This document shows positions 10,587 to 20,831 of a DNA stretch of 64,000 bases, one piece after another. Source of the DNA: Candidatus Bathyarchaeota archaeon (GTDB lineage: Archaea; Thermoproteota; Bathyarchaeia; Bathyarchaeales; Bathycorpusculaceae); the NCBI GenBank assembly GCA_963811105.1, contig CAWEPZ010000002.1:480001-544000 (forward strand). The letters are read 5' to 3'. How positions within the stretch are numbered: position 1 is the stretch's first letter; each line of letters opens with the position of its first letter. A model generated the notes under the pieces. That model searched no databases. It was given only the letters and a program-made list of their open reading frames with translations, and was not told where the DNA came from. The position numbers and the translations under genes were made by a program.

Positions 10587-11387
10587 ATCGGAGAAAAGCT
10601 GATTGTGAGAAACTTCTAAAGAAATTGGTTAGTCTTATGGAATTTTGGACATTAATTAAGAATAAACTTTCATTTAGCATGTGGTGTGCGCCCAAATGCC
10701 ATAATGAAATGTATCGTTTTCATTTTACTTGCTTATTCTGTCGACTAAGACGATGGTTGAAAGAATCTCCGATAGATAGGGCTATGTTTGGGTCTATGAA
10801 AAAAGATTATGTTCACAACACAACTACGATAAATCTTTCTTTACCTATGCCTGTCGAGGGCTCAATATACTTTTTAATAATTAATAACCGAAGGAAGTAT
10901 GCTAAAATAAAAGCTGCTATGCTCAAGAAACTATTGACGATAGCCGAAATGCTGGCAAACTGAGTGAATTCGAAAATCATTCGTAAAGCAGCCAATCATT
11001 TTCGCTGAACATAACACACCATGCAGTTAAATCAAGAAAGCCAGAATCCACCGATAGTCAATCGTTTTGAGCATTGAAAAAAAATTTTTTCTCCACAAAA
11101 ACACAAACGTGAGTTCCTTAGGATATTAGTAAGCATACCAGCCACCGCTAAAAACACTCACTCAATTGTCTTAGCTGACTCAGATGGAAGTACGATTGCA
11201 AGTAGGGTATTCAAAGTAAAAACCGCGTAAACTGTAACAACAAATTAGAAAAGCTGATCCTCTCAGATGGGCTCTGAAGGTAGTTTAGTATCTAAAAATG
11301 TGAGGTCCTCCAAAAGAATAAACACAGAATTGAAACCTGGGCAACGTTTTAATTCCTTAGAATGCAGATTATTAATTGGTATAAGAG

Positions 11388-13076
11388 ATGAGTTTTGAGT
11401 CTGCACAAAAAAAAGTTGCAGATAAATCAACAATGAGAGTTAACCATAAATTTTTTGTGACAAAACAAAGCGAACCTAAGACAAACGCCACAAACGAAAA
11501 CGACACCCCTGGAGTAAACCTACGATTCGGTAACTTCCCAATCTACCCTACGACAGAAAACCATTCATTTTCAAAAGAAGCTGTGGCTGCATGTTCGCTG
11601 AAAACAACTCCGCGAGCTTGCCCCTTCGGCAGCGCCTGCCACGCCTGCCCAACAAAAATACAAGAAAAACTTGCAATAAACGAGCCCGGAGACGTTTACG
11701 AACAAGAAGCTGACAGAGTAGCAGAGCGGGCAATGAGGACATCTTCCTCCTTGGGCGGTATTATTTCTTCGTTCCACGATAAGAAACAAATAAAACATAA
11801 ATGCGTTGTTTGCGAAATGAAAAAAGAAAAAGAAGAGGATCACAAACAACTAAACATTAGACGAAGGCTATCAACTGCTTCTAGCTTAGAAGATAGTGAA
11901 GAAATAGCAGATGAAATCCATAACATACGTTTGAGTGGAGGGGTAGCACTTGATACTTCCACCAAGAATTTCATGGAGTCGAGGCTTGATTATGACTTTG
12001 GTGGTGTTAGGATACATACTGATGAGAAAGCAGCTAGGTCTGCTGATTCAGTTAATGCTTTAGCATATACAGTTGGTAATGATGTTATGTTCGGGCCTGG
12101 ACAGTACCAGCCAAGTACACTACAAGGAAGAAGGTTGTTAGCACATGAGTTGACGCATGTGGTACAACAAGGGTTTACTTCTGGCTTATCTCCCACCCGT
12201 CTCGAAGCAGGTTTTTTTCCAGAAAGGATATCAAGAGTGGATCCACATATACAGAGGGAGATTCTCACCTACAATAGTGAGCAGTTAGAATTAGAACCGA
12301 ATTATTATAGCGAGAGTACAGCAACAGTATATGATGTTTATTCTGCCGAATCCTTTAATCTAAAGAATGCGTTGCAGACGCTAATTGTTTCAGGAAAAAT
12401 AGGCACTAATGATACTGGTGAGCGAACTTTTTTCTACAATAAGAACACCTCACGTGCAGAGGCGTTGACTGCCTTTACCATCGCAAGTCTTTCCAATGCA
12501 AGTGAGTTAACGGATGCTCTAATGGATAATCACAATGTCTTTGTTTATAGCCAAACAAAGGTGACAAAAATTTCTGATCTCCTTGGGACTTCTACATTGA
12601 GCACGTCAACCCGCGTCATGGAGCGCCAGACAAGGAGACTTCTGACAAATTTTGAAAAGAACGAAGCAAAACTTGTGTACGGATCAAATTTAGATCTTGA
12701 CCGAATTATGGTGGAAGAGGACCCTGTCATGTCAGTGGGTGGTTATGCTCGCACGACTTATTGGACCATTAACTTTCCTTTAGGCGCCCTTGGAACCGGA
12801 AACTTTATGCCTTTCCTTATCCATGAATTGGGTCATTCCTGGCAGTACCAGCACGGATATTCTATTCTCACTACAATTTATTACGCAATAAAGGGAGTCT
12901 ACGATTATGGCGGAGAAACAGAGCTTGTAGCGCGTCATTCTGCAGGGAAGGGTCTTTCTAGCTTTAATACGGAACAGCAAGCAGATATTGCAAGGGATTA
13001 TTACGAAAGGCTAAAGTCTGGAAAAAGTGTTGCGGCTTGGCTACCATTTATCAATGAATTTAAGGGTATTCCTTGA
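11388..13076 (+). CDS. DUF4157 (eCIS core domain) protein with a second C-terminal HExxH metallopeptidase-like domain; candidate effector
   Basis: PGDVYEQEADRVAE, DFGGVRIHTD, NALAYTVGNDVMF, LLAHELTHVVQQ. Second motif FLIHELGHSWQYQ...NTEQQA. Confidence 0.85.
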   Translation: MSFESAQKKVADKSTMRVNHKFFVTKQSEPKTNATNENDTPGVNLRFGNFPIYPTTENHSFSKEAVAACSLKTTPRACPFGSACHACPTKIQEKLAINEPGDVYEQEADRVAERAMRTSSSLGGIISSFHDKKQIKHKCVVCEMKKEKEEDHKQLNIRRRLSTASSLEDSEEIADEIHNIRLSGGVALDTSTKNFMESRLDYDFGGVRIHTDEKAARSADSVNALAYTVGNDVMFGPGQYQPSTLQGRRLLAHELTHVVQQGFTSGLSPTRLEAGFFPERISRVDPHIQREILTYNSEQLELEPNYYSESTATVYDVYSAESFNLKNALQTLIVSGKIGTNDTGERTFFYNKNTSRAEALTAFTIASLSNASELTDALMDNHNVFVYSQTKVTKISDLLGTSTLSTSTRVMERQTRRLLTNFEKNEAKLVYGSNLDLDRIMVEEDPVMSVGGYARTTYWTINFPLGALGTGNFMPFLIHELGHSWQYQHGYSILTTIYYAIKGVYDYGGETELVARHSAGKGLSSFNTEQQADIARDYYERLKSGKSVAAWLPFINEFKGIP

Positions 13077-14077
13077 TATGACAAGACATTAGATAACCTG
13101 CGCTAACTAAAGGATTTATCCCAAATTTTTTTTCTTTGAATAGATTTGAAGCGATACATCTAGAGGATGAGGCGGAAAGAAATGCCAAATAGTTCTATTT
13201 ACAAATTCAGATCGGATCAGAATGCTCACATCTTCAAGATGTCAAGCTTTCGGAAGAAACTAAGAACAATATCCTGTTAAGGGATAACTGACTATGTGGC
13301 TGCACTATTCTAACAGCTGGAAGTCCTTTAAGCTAAGGAATCCACTGAAAAATGTCAATTTGATTTCAAAGACACAATGAACTTCCATTTGGAAAAGAAC
13401 TATTTTCTTCTGTATTGAGGCCTTTAGCAGATTTATAACGAGTGCTAAACAGTTCGGTCATAAGTGGACCATGGTGGAAACATTGGGAGGCGTTTTTGAA
13501 GATTCAAGACTACGCGTCCCACTAGCTATTTTGCTTGATCAGGCAGTCAGCTTCAGATCAGTGAAAGGTTACTGAAGTGAGCATAATGTCGGTTTCATAT
13601 TGTACTTTATTTATTTTCACAGGAGAAAGGCAACGCAGATAGCTGTATTTAGAACTTGAATTGAGAGTCAACCGCATCAGACGAGTCTTCCCAATGGCTA
13701 AAAGGAAATTAAGCAAGTGTAGATATGCTGGTTTGATCGTTCTCGTTTTACAGAGGACTAAAAGAACTTCCAGCCAACCTCTACAAGTGCAAAATTAGAG
13801 AGTTCGTATATCAATCGAAATTTCATATAACCCTTTTTGATGAGATAGTCAATCATTTCAAAGTTAATTTGGATCAGCTGTGTAAAGTTCAGTACAATAT
13901 TGCGGAGCGGCTCTAAGTTTATACTCATTTTTTGTGTTTGAAGTTTTCGCAAGGGCTACATTTTTATTGCAAACTTTGACTGCCTCTTTGACCATCAGAA
14001 GTCAAATAATTTTCAATAATAACACTTTTTTTTCGTCTACTGATTCTACATTCACAAATTATCGAATCGATTCACAC

Positions 14078-14193
14078 TCAAATTACTTCTAGTGCGCCAT
14101 CAATTACAGAAACTCTAGCTGGAGTTAAATTTGTTTTTGCTGAATCATTGCTGAGTTCAATTACAGTTGGGTCCATGACAATTTTCGGTCCAG
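14078..14193 (-). pseudogene. baseplate assembly protein V / spike C-terminal remnant
   Basis: GPKIVMDPTVIELSNDSAKTNLTPARVSVIDGALEVI* resembles the ...VSVNDGALEV C-terminus of eCIS gpV-like proteins. Confidence 0.7.
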
Positions 14194-14393
14194 AATTAGC
14201 CCCCGCTTAAACCAAAGATGGAAGAACTTAGTTTTTTCGGCAATTTTTGTACATGACCATTTACTCCGCATTCTTCAACTTTTTCAACATCTGTCTCAGC
14301 TTGAGAGCCCGAAACCTCTGAAAAACCACCTACGACAATGCCTTATATTTCAACGAGAAATTTAAAACTAGAATAAGAGTTTTCAGGTGGCGT
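14194..14393 (-). pseudogene. tail tube protein (T4 gp19/Afp1-Afp5-like) 5' remnant
   Basis: Manual translation gives PPENSYSSFKFLVEI*GIVVGGFSEVSGSQAETDVEKVEECGVNGHVQKLPK / KTKFFHLWFKRGL. It has an internal stop, a frameshift and ACG at the probable start position. Confidence 0.8.
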
Positions 14394-14578
14394 CTGGATA
14401 AACCACTTGTTACTTATTGATTCTTAATATTTATATTTTTTTTCAGATTTGCGAACGCCCTCATACTAAACAAGAATTGTTTCCACTTTTTTCGAAGCAC
14501 AATACTCAATTATCTAATAAGAACAGTTAAGCTAACGAACTCTATCTAGCTTGATTAATTGAAAGAGAATATGGTGAT

Positions 14579-16456
14579 TTAGCTTTGTCTAATTGTACAG
14601 ATGCGTCCATAGTTGCTTTGTATGTTAATGTTTCGAACTTCTCCTTTGGCTATTTCACCTAAGCTTTCGTATCCCGGAAGTTCATCGACATAATTGCCTG
14701 AAAACTCGAATGTGAAAGGAACGGTTTTTTCTTGGTCGCTAAAGTTTAGAAATACTATGCTTAAGTTTTGATCATAGTTACGCTGGAATATAAGCACGTT
14801 TTTGCTTTGGAAATTGTTGTAGTCATTATGGAAGTAGCTTTCTCCGTATTTGAGTTGGGGGTTTTGTCTGCGAATTTTAATTAGGTTTCTGATTAAGTTA
14901 GTTGTCGATTTGCCTATTTGATCGTAAAAGTAATCCCAACGTACTGGTCGGAAAAGAAGCACTCGCCCCATTGATGCGCTGTCTCCCGGGTTGGGAAGAA
15001 AATAATTTTCTGCGAATTCTTCGCCTTGCCAAAGCAGCGGAATTCCTTTAGCCATAAGCATACCTATTAGGTAAGGTTGAAGTTTGTACCAAAGGTTTCT
15101 GTCTCCCTGTCCTATTAATTCGTTTCCAATTATGTTGCTGAAATTGCAGATAAAACGTGAATGATCATGATTTTCAATATATTGAAGCGCTGTTTTTTTG
15201 ATGGTTTCGCCGTTGATTTCTTGTTCTCGTGGAAACTGATTTAAGCAGAATAGAAATCCCAAATCGGTTAGTGCATCTTGGTTTCCTTTTGCTACTTGTT
15301 GAGCCGCATTTAGGGTGTTGTCTTGCCAAGTGCAGTTGGTGTAGCTTTGTTTTAAAATTCCTATTGGGTCTGCTAGATCTTCCGAGCATTGGATGAGGTT
15401 GATGTTTCCATTTTGGAAGAAACGTTGCCAATTATCTTTCGTGTCTTTCTTTGATTTTGTCAATTGATATGTTTCGTATGCTATGGCAGCGTATTTTCTA
15501 CCCATAGGTCCATCCCAATAATCTGGAACATCGTCATAACGAAATCCATCTATATGATAGGCTTCAAGCCAATGATCATTCACGGTATAGACGAAATTTT
15601 GTGTGAAATCCCGCTCGTAATCTGGCGTAGGTCCGTATGGGTCGTAGCCTTTCATGAAAGGGTTATCAGTGTAACGTAAGGCATCGTATACATAAGAATA
15701 ACAAAAATCGGTAGAAGTGTGAGCATAAACTGAGTCAACAATAACTGCTATGCCTTTTTGGTGAGCGGAATCTATCAATTTTTGCATGTTCCTTCTTTTT
15801 CCAAAACGTTCATCAACACCAAAATAGCCAATTGGCAGATAACCCCAATCTACTTCAGCACCCACGTTAGAAAGCGGCATAAGCTCAATGCAGTTAATTC
15901 CTAAATCAGCCAAATAACCCAACCTGCTAATGGTTCCGTCAATACCTCCAGCAAACTCATTAATCATCAACTCATAAATTATCAAATCATCTAAAATCGG
16001 CGTCTTCCAAGAACCTTCATCAGAACTCCACAAATAAGGTTCGTAACCTAAAGTTATTGCAGAAAGTTTACCCACACCAAATTCTCTGGCGTAAGGATCA
16101 ATAATCCAATCAAGCAGTTTGTTGGGATAGATGCTTTCGTCTAAGTTTGGGTTTTGCAAACAGTATCGATAAACATACTGACCAGGAGAACCCCAAGCAG
16201 AATCAGATGTAGGCTTAGCAGTTGAAGTAACATCTACACTAGCAGACCAATAATCATCATAATCTACGTCGTTTGAATGCTCTAGTTCAAACTTTAAAGG
16301 TGGTATGTTTTGAAGAAACTGATCTTTCTCATGGATTATTTTCACCCATATACGATTACCATTCTCCGATGAAACCCAGGGAAGAAAAATTCCAAAGTTT
16401 ATAACTCCAGGAGAAACTTCACGCGCACCCAATCTGTTTAACGGCAAAAGTTTCAT
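14579..16456 (-). CDS. GH13 alpha-amylase family glycoside hydrolase (trehalohydrolase/branching-enzyme-like)
   Basis: DPYA, IIYEL, LGINCIELMP, WGYLP, DSVYAH, DGFRYD (nucleophile), ENHD, GIPLLWQGEEF. Confidence 0.9.
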   Translation of the reverse strand: MKLLPLNRLGAREVSPGVINFGIFLPWVSSENGNRIWVKIIHEKDQFLQNIPPLKFELEHSNDVDYDDYWSASVDVTSTAKPTSDSAWGSPGQYVYRYCLQNPNLDESIYPNKLLDWIIDPYAREFGVGKLSAITLGYEPYLWSSDEGSWKTPILDDLIIYELMINEFAGGIDGTISRLGYLADLGINCIELMPLSNVGAEVDWGYLPIGYFGVDERFGKRRNMQKLIDSAHQKGIAVIVDSVYAHTSTDFCYSYVYDALRYTDNPFMKGYDPYGPTPDYERDFTQNFVYTVNDHWLEAYHIDGFRYDDVPDYWDGPMGRKYAAIAYETYQLTKSKKDTKDNWQRFFQNGNINLIQCSEDLADPIGILKQSYTNCTWQDNTLNAAQQVAKGNQDALTDLGFLFCLNQFPREQEINGETIKKTALQYIENHDHSRFICNFSNIIGNELIGQGDRNLWYKLQPYLIGMLMAKGIPLLWQGEEFAENYFLPNPGDSASMGRVLLFRPVRWDYFYDQIGKSTTNLIRNLIKIRRQNPQLKYGESYFHNDYNNFQSKNVLIFQRNYDQNLSIVFLNFSDQEKTVPFTFEFSGNYVDELPGYESLGEIAKGEVRNINIQSNYGRICTIRQS

Positions 16457-16675
16457 ACAAAAATCACCAATAATTAACTATCAAATCTCATTATTTAACT
16501 ATTATGAGTTATAGCCAGTTCTTAAACTGTATTCCCTAAAAATAGAACATATTATTCTAGGTTCAGGTAATTAGTGTCTTTTTGATTCGCTTAGCTATTA
16601 GTACAACAATTCTATTGCGTCGCACTTTAATATCCATTTGCAATTATTCGACTATCAAGTTCATGGTGACCATCT

Positions 16676-17194
16676 TTGAGCGCAATGAGGCGGAACATGT
16701 TAAAAGTACTAGGAAAGTTCCTACCTTCCCTCGAGGCGATCAATTGTGTCGAGCGAATTGGTCTCACTGGCTCCATCGCAAAGTCAAAAGTTGAACCGAA
16801 AGACATCGACATAGTAGTCTGCACAGTAGTTGGCTCTGACCTTTCTGAGCTTGCAGCAATCTACAGAAAAATGTTGGGACACCTTCAATCCATGGGCAGA
16901 GGCATTGACATCTTCCTCTTTGAAAAAGGCTCGTATATTGGGAGACCATGTCACTACAGAGAATGCGGCCCCGGAATAAGATTATCATGCAAGGCAGATC
17001 ACTGCGGCGTTAGACCGTACCTCTGCGATGACCTGAAGGTTGTGAAGCTTAACTTATCTATGCTCGCGAGGCTTCCTGTACAGCTGCACCCCCGAGGCTG
17101 GTGCCTTGACGATGTTCCTCAGGATGTTAAGGATTTCGTGAAAACATCTCACAAAGGGTTTGTAGCGTTCAATGATTTAGAAAATGCTGAATAA
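16676..17194 (+). CDS. nucleotidyltransferase-domain protein with Cys-rich C-terminal half
   Basis: IGLTGSIAKSKVEPKDIDIVV (GS...DxD) and a third Asp in IDIF. Confidence 0.65.
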   Translation: MSAMRRNMLKVLGKFLPSLEAINCVERIGLTGSIAKSKVEPKDIDIVVCTVVGSDLSELAAIYRKMLGHLQSMGRGIDIFLFEKGSYIGRPCHYRECGPGIRLSCKADHCGVRPYLCDDLKVVKLNLSMLARLPVQLHPRGWCLDDVPQDVKDFVKTSHKGFVAFNDLENAE

Positions 17195-17389
17195 GAATGC
17201 GCGAAAAATCGTCCTGTTGGACACATGAGATTTTTATTCTTTAAAGCACAAATAGGTAACGCGTATGGCTCATTGCAGTTCTCCCCAATCGGACTCGCAG
17301 TGATGCCTTCACTGGGACAACAAGGCAGGGATCTGTTGCAAGAACCAAATCATGAACGACCAGAAGGGACGATTTCCACCATCAGCGGA

Positions 17390-17994
17390 GTTTTTGTCGT
17401 GCTTCATTGTTTATGGTGTCCCAGATCGAAACAGGCAGGCGGATTTTTCCTGTGGGCTGAATCTTCCGCAAAGAGTGGAAACCATAAGAAAAGTTCCCGC
17501 GGCAAAGCATCTGATTATTTTCCTTACCTGGCGAGCCCCACTGATTTGCTTAAATTTCTACGTTCAGTTTTTCCTAGTCAGCTAAAAGACACACCGAAAA
17601 CCAAAACGCTCTCCTTATTTATCCCGACCATAAAGGAAGGAGAATCGCTTGCCTCCTCCACTGATATTCGAAGCAAACTCTGAAGCATAGCAGAACAAAC
17701 CAGTCAAGGTGCGTCCGTGGATTGTGGAGGGATTTGAGTTCGCAGTAGAAGATGCTGTCCCACTGCCTTATTTTAGTCAGTGATGCTCACGCGACAAAAG
17801 TATCCTATGACCAAGAATCAGGTGAAGAAGTAACCATCCTATTCGGAGCAGATGCGCTGTTTTGGAACAAGACTGTAATGCTACTTCTTGACCTTCTTAT
17901 AAGGCAGAGGTTCATACCGCATCTGGAAAAAGACAGCGGTCAAAAGAAGAGGTGTTTCCGCTCTGGGTGGACTGCTTCATTTCAATTCCAGTAA
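17390..17994 (+). pseudogene. SNF2-type helicase N-terminal remnant
   Basis: VVLHCLW...FFLWAES and GADALFW...LLLDLLIRQRFIP match N-termini of SWIM-associated SNF2 helicases. It is frameshifted and has no ATPase domain. Confidence 0.6.
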
Positions 17995-18004
17995 ACATCT
18001 GAAC

Positions 18005-19741
18005 CTATGTGAATTCACTTTTTGAGAGTTTGATTGGCAGGTAAATTGTGAATGTTGTTCCTTTCCCAACTGCGCTTTCAAAGCCGATTTTTCCACCATG
18101 TGCTTCAACAATTCTTTTGCAAATTGCTAGGCTCATACCCATTCCTTTCGCCTTTGTAGTTACAAGAGGCGCGAAGAGTTTGGGTAAAATACTTTCGGAT
18201 ATGCCTATTCCGGAGTCGGTGAAAGATATTTCGATAATCTGTCCCTTCAGCATGCTTTGTATTTTTATGATTCCGTTTTCTGGTGAGGCCTCCATAGCGT
18301 TTTTTATTATGTTTGTGAAAACTTTTACCATGCTTTGCACATCAAGAAACATCTTGACGTCATCAGTCGTGTTGTTTATTATGCTTAAGTGGTCAGGGAC
18401 CTGAATGTTAGACAGCGCATACATTGCAAGCGACTTAGGAGTGCACTGCTCTGGTCGCAGATTTAGCTCGCTTGAATAGTCTACTAGACTAGTAATAATT
18501 CTGTTTGAATCTTCAATTGCGTCTTCAATCCATCCAAAAACCTCTTCCTTCTTTGCTTCTGCGAGCGGATTGTCTTTCTTTCTAATGAGGTATATTCCGT
18601 TTTTAATACCAGCTAAAGGGTTCCGCAGGTCATGTCCAATTTGCCCTGCCAGTTCGCCTATGGAAGCAAGCTTTTCTGTTTTAACAAGTTTTTCCTCCAT
18701 CTTTTTCATGTCAGTAATATCATGTATTATGCACACAATTCCGATGTCGCGTCCCATTTTACTTTTGACAATTGAACCTGAAAAAAATACATTTAGTTTT
18801 GTGCCGGATTTACTTTTGAAGGTCAGTTCGCGGTTTCTAATTATCTTCTTGACTGCTAATTCTTCTAGAAGGTTTGCGCAATTCTTTTCTTCATTTTCTA
18901 TACATAATTTTGTTATTGATTTACCGATCAGTTCCTCTTTTTCATATCCAACGAAATTAGCTAACCGCTCATTTACTCTGAGGATTTTTGCTTTCACATC
19001 TGCAAGTATGAGTGAGTCAGGCATTGTAGTGAGTATGTTTTCTGCGACTAATGCGGCATCAAAAGTGAATAGGTCATATCTCACAACAGCATACCCAACA
19101 AAACCGCTAAAAAATAGTGTCGCTATGAATCCAAGATTTGGAATGCTCATGTCAAACATACGAGCAACCATGTTGGTACTTATGAATGCGGCTATTGGAA
19201 TGGCAAAGCCTATAGTCACATATTTTCTTCGCTGCTTCTGCATATTATCTTCTGCCTTATGATAGTATCTGAAACACAAAGCAAATGCCAGCATTGGCAG
19301 AGCAATAGTCCAAATGATGGAACCATAGTAAACCAATGTTCCCGAGGCAACGTCATTGTACCCCCAATATTCTATTACTGGAGGACCGTTTATTAGGCTG
19401 GTGGATAAATCGACAAGCCAAAATACCACTGCAGGCAAAAAAATGATTAGGTAATTTAGTTTATTTTTTATCCAATTGCTTTCTGTGAAAACCAGTGCAA
19501 AAGTAACTACTAAAGCCACGAAAAAAGGCCAGGTGGTGCCCATCTTGTTCCAGAAATTGGCACTTGCAAAGTTGGTCGATGTCCACATCATTACTGTGGT
19601 AAATGAATAGAAAAAAGCGGCTAAAGCCGTCAAAAGGAAAATTTTGTTAAGAATTGATTTTCTGTTAAATGAATATACTATTATGCCTAGAAAAAGACAA
19701 CTAATGCTAGCGATTAACGAGAGCAGGGCAAATACATTCAT
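18005..19741 (-). CDS. 7TM-PAS sensor histidine kinase
   Basis: Seven hydrophobic helices, PAS domain, H-box GHDLRNPL, NIIKNA, DSGIG, GMGMSL, HGGKI. Confidence 0.92.
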   Translation of the reverse strand: MNVFALLSLIASISCLFLGIIVYSFNRKSILNKIFLLTALAAFFYSFTTVMMWTSTNFASANFWNKMGTTWPFFVALVVTFALVFTESNWIKNKLNYLIIFLPAVVFWLVDLSTSLINGPPVIEYWGYNDVASGTLVYYGSIIWTIALPMLAFALCFRYYHKAEDNMQKQRRKYVTIGFAIPIAAFISTNMVARMFDMSIPNLGFIATLFFSGFVGYAVVRYDLFTFDAALVAENILTTMPDSLILADVKAKILRVNERLANFVGYEKEELIGKSITKLCIENEEKNCANLLEELAVKKIIRNRELTFKSKSGTKLNVFFSGSIVKSKMGRDIGIVCIIHDITDMKKMEEKLVKTEKLASIGELAGQIGHDLRNPLAGIKNGIYLIRKKDNPLAEAKKEEVFGWIEDAIEDSNRIITSLVDYSSELNLRPEQCTPKSLAMYALSNIQVPDHLSIINNTTDDVKMFLDVQSMVKVFTNIIKNAMEASPENGIIKIQSMLKGQIIEISFTDSGIGISESILPKLFAPLVTTKAKGMGMSLAICKRIVEAHGGKIGFESAVGKGTTFTIYLPIKLSKSEFT

Positions 19742-20394
19742 AGATTTCTATCCATTTTTAACCAAATTTTTCTATCAATGACGCAATATTCGTTCCGTCT
19801 TGGTTTTGATTCATTTTCACAGGATACAAATAATTTCCAAAATTGCATTTAAAACATGTGAATTGTGAATTAACATCGGACAGTTTAAAGCAGTCTTGGA
19901 AAGAGCTTGTTTTTCTAAAGTCATTTGTCTATATAAAAACAAAATTCTCTTGCGTTACGGCGCAAGCAAGGTTAAACAAACATGTTTCTAGCTTATTTGC
20001 CCAAAATAAGGTCAAAATAAGGTTAAGAGTTTTGCGGGATAGCTTAAAGCCGTCATTTAGACCGTCGGTCGCACCATAATTAATGGAAATGAGGATGTGG
20101 CTGGTCGCACTTAACCGCTGAATGGGTATGAGCCTCTTTTTGAAAAAAGTATTCCAATCAGAAAGACTCAACTACAAAGCTGGGGATGAGAGTTTGATTT
20201 GAGGTCCGATTCCCTCTCGCTTTTACGGTTTAAAAAAGTCTGAAAACCTGTAAAACTCTGGCAAGATAGACGATTAAGTTTAGTATCAAAACTGCAGACA
20301 ATTCTGTGATGAGAAACATAATATTGTGTAGTTGTGACCGCACAATCACAATACTATATGTAGTATTATTCATTCACTTGTGTAGGTGTAAGTT

Positions 20395-20568
20395 TTGTCA
20401 AAAGTCCAGCCTCATCTAGGTCATGAAAAACACCTCTGCAAAATGGTGGAGGATAAAGTTCCAATAGAAAAGATAAAGCCACTTGTGAAAGACGCGAAAT
20501 ACATCTGCAAAAGCTGTATGCGTACAGCTGCCAAAGCAGAAAACCTCTGCGCCCCCGAATCCCTTTAA
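20395..20568 (+). CDS. small Cys/His-rich (putative Zn-binding) protein, 57 aa, not in the ORF track
   Basis: TTG start after AGGTG. MSKVQPHLGHEKHLCKMVEDKVPIEKIKPLVKDAKYICKSCMRTAAKAENLCAPESL. Confidence 0.75.
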   Translation: MSKVQPHLGHEKHLCKMVEDKVPIEKIKPLVKDAKYICKSCMRTAAKAENLCAPESL

Positions 20569-20831
20569 ACATCTTTTCTTTTTTTGAGAACAAGTAAGAA
20601 TAGCTTAGGGGTAAAGCCGAATACTTTAGTTGGCTGCTTGTCCCGATGTTATGTATTGAAGAATGTTGGTGGGCTGCTTTGTCTGATCTTCCAAGGTTCT
20701 TAGATGCTTCTCTATTCAGAATCAGGCACAACAGATATTAAAGAGCGTATGAAGCGACGTTTCTTGCGCCTATGACCTTTTTTTGGCCAAACTGCCAGCT
20801 GCTGCCCATGTGTTTTTAGTTTTGGTGGCTT

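Noticed and set aside
10625-10963. 112-aa ORF downstream of the fibre gene
   Set aside because: TTG start, no motif, atypical composition.
13758-13952. Possible HEPN/DUF86 remnant (LRNIV...)
   Set aside because: Lacks the conserved His and is too short to support.
18048-19262. Long antisense ORFs opposite the histidine kinase (likewise those opposite kdpB and the MFS gene)
   Set aside because: Shadow ORFs of well-supported genes.
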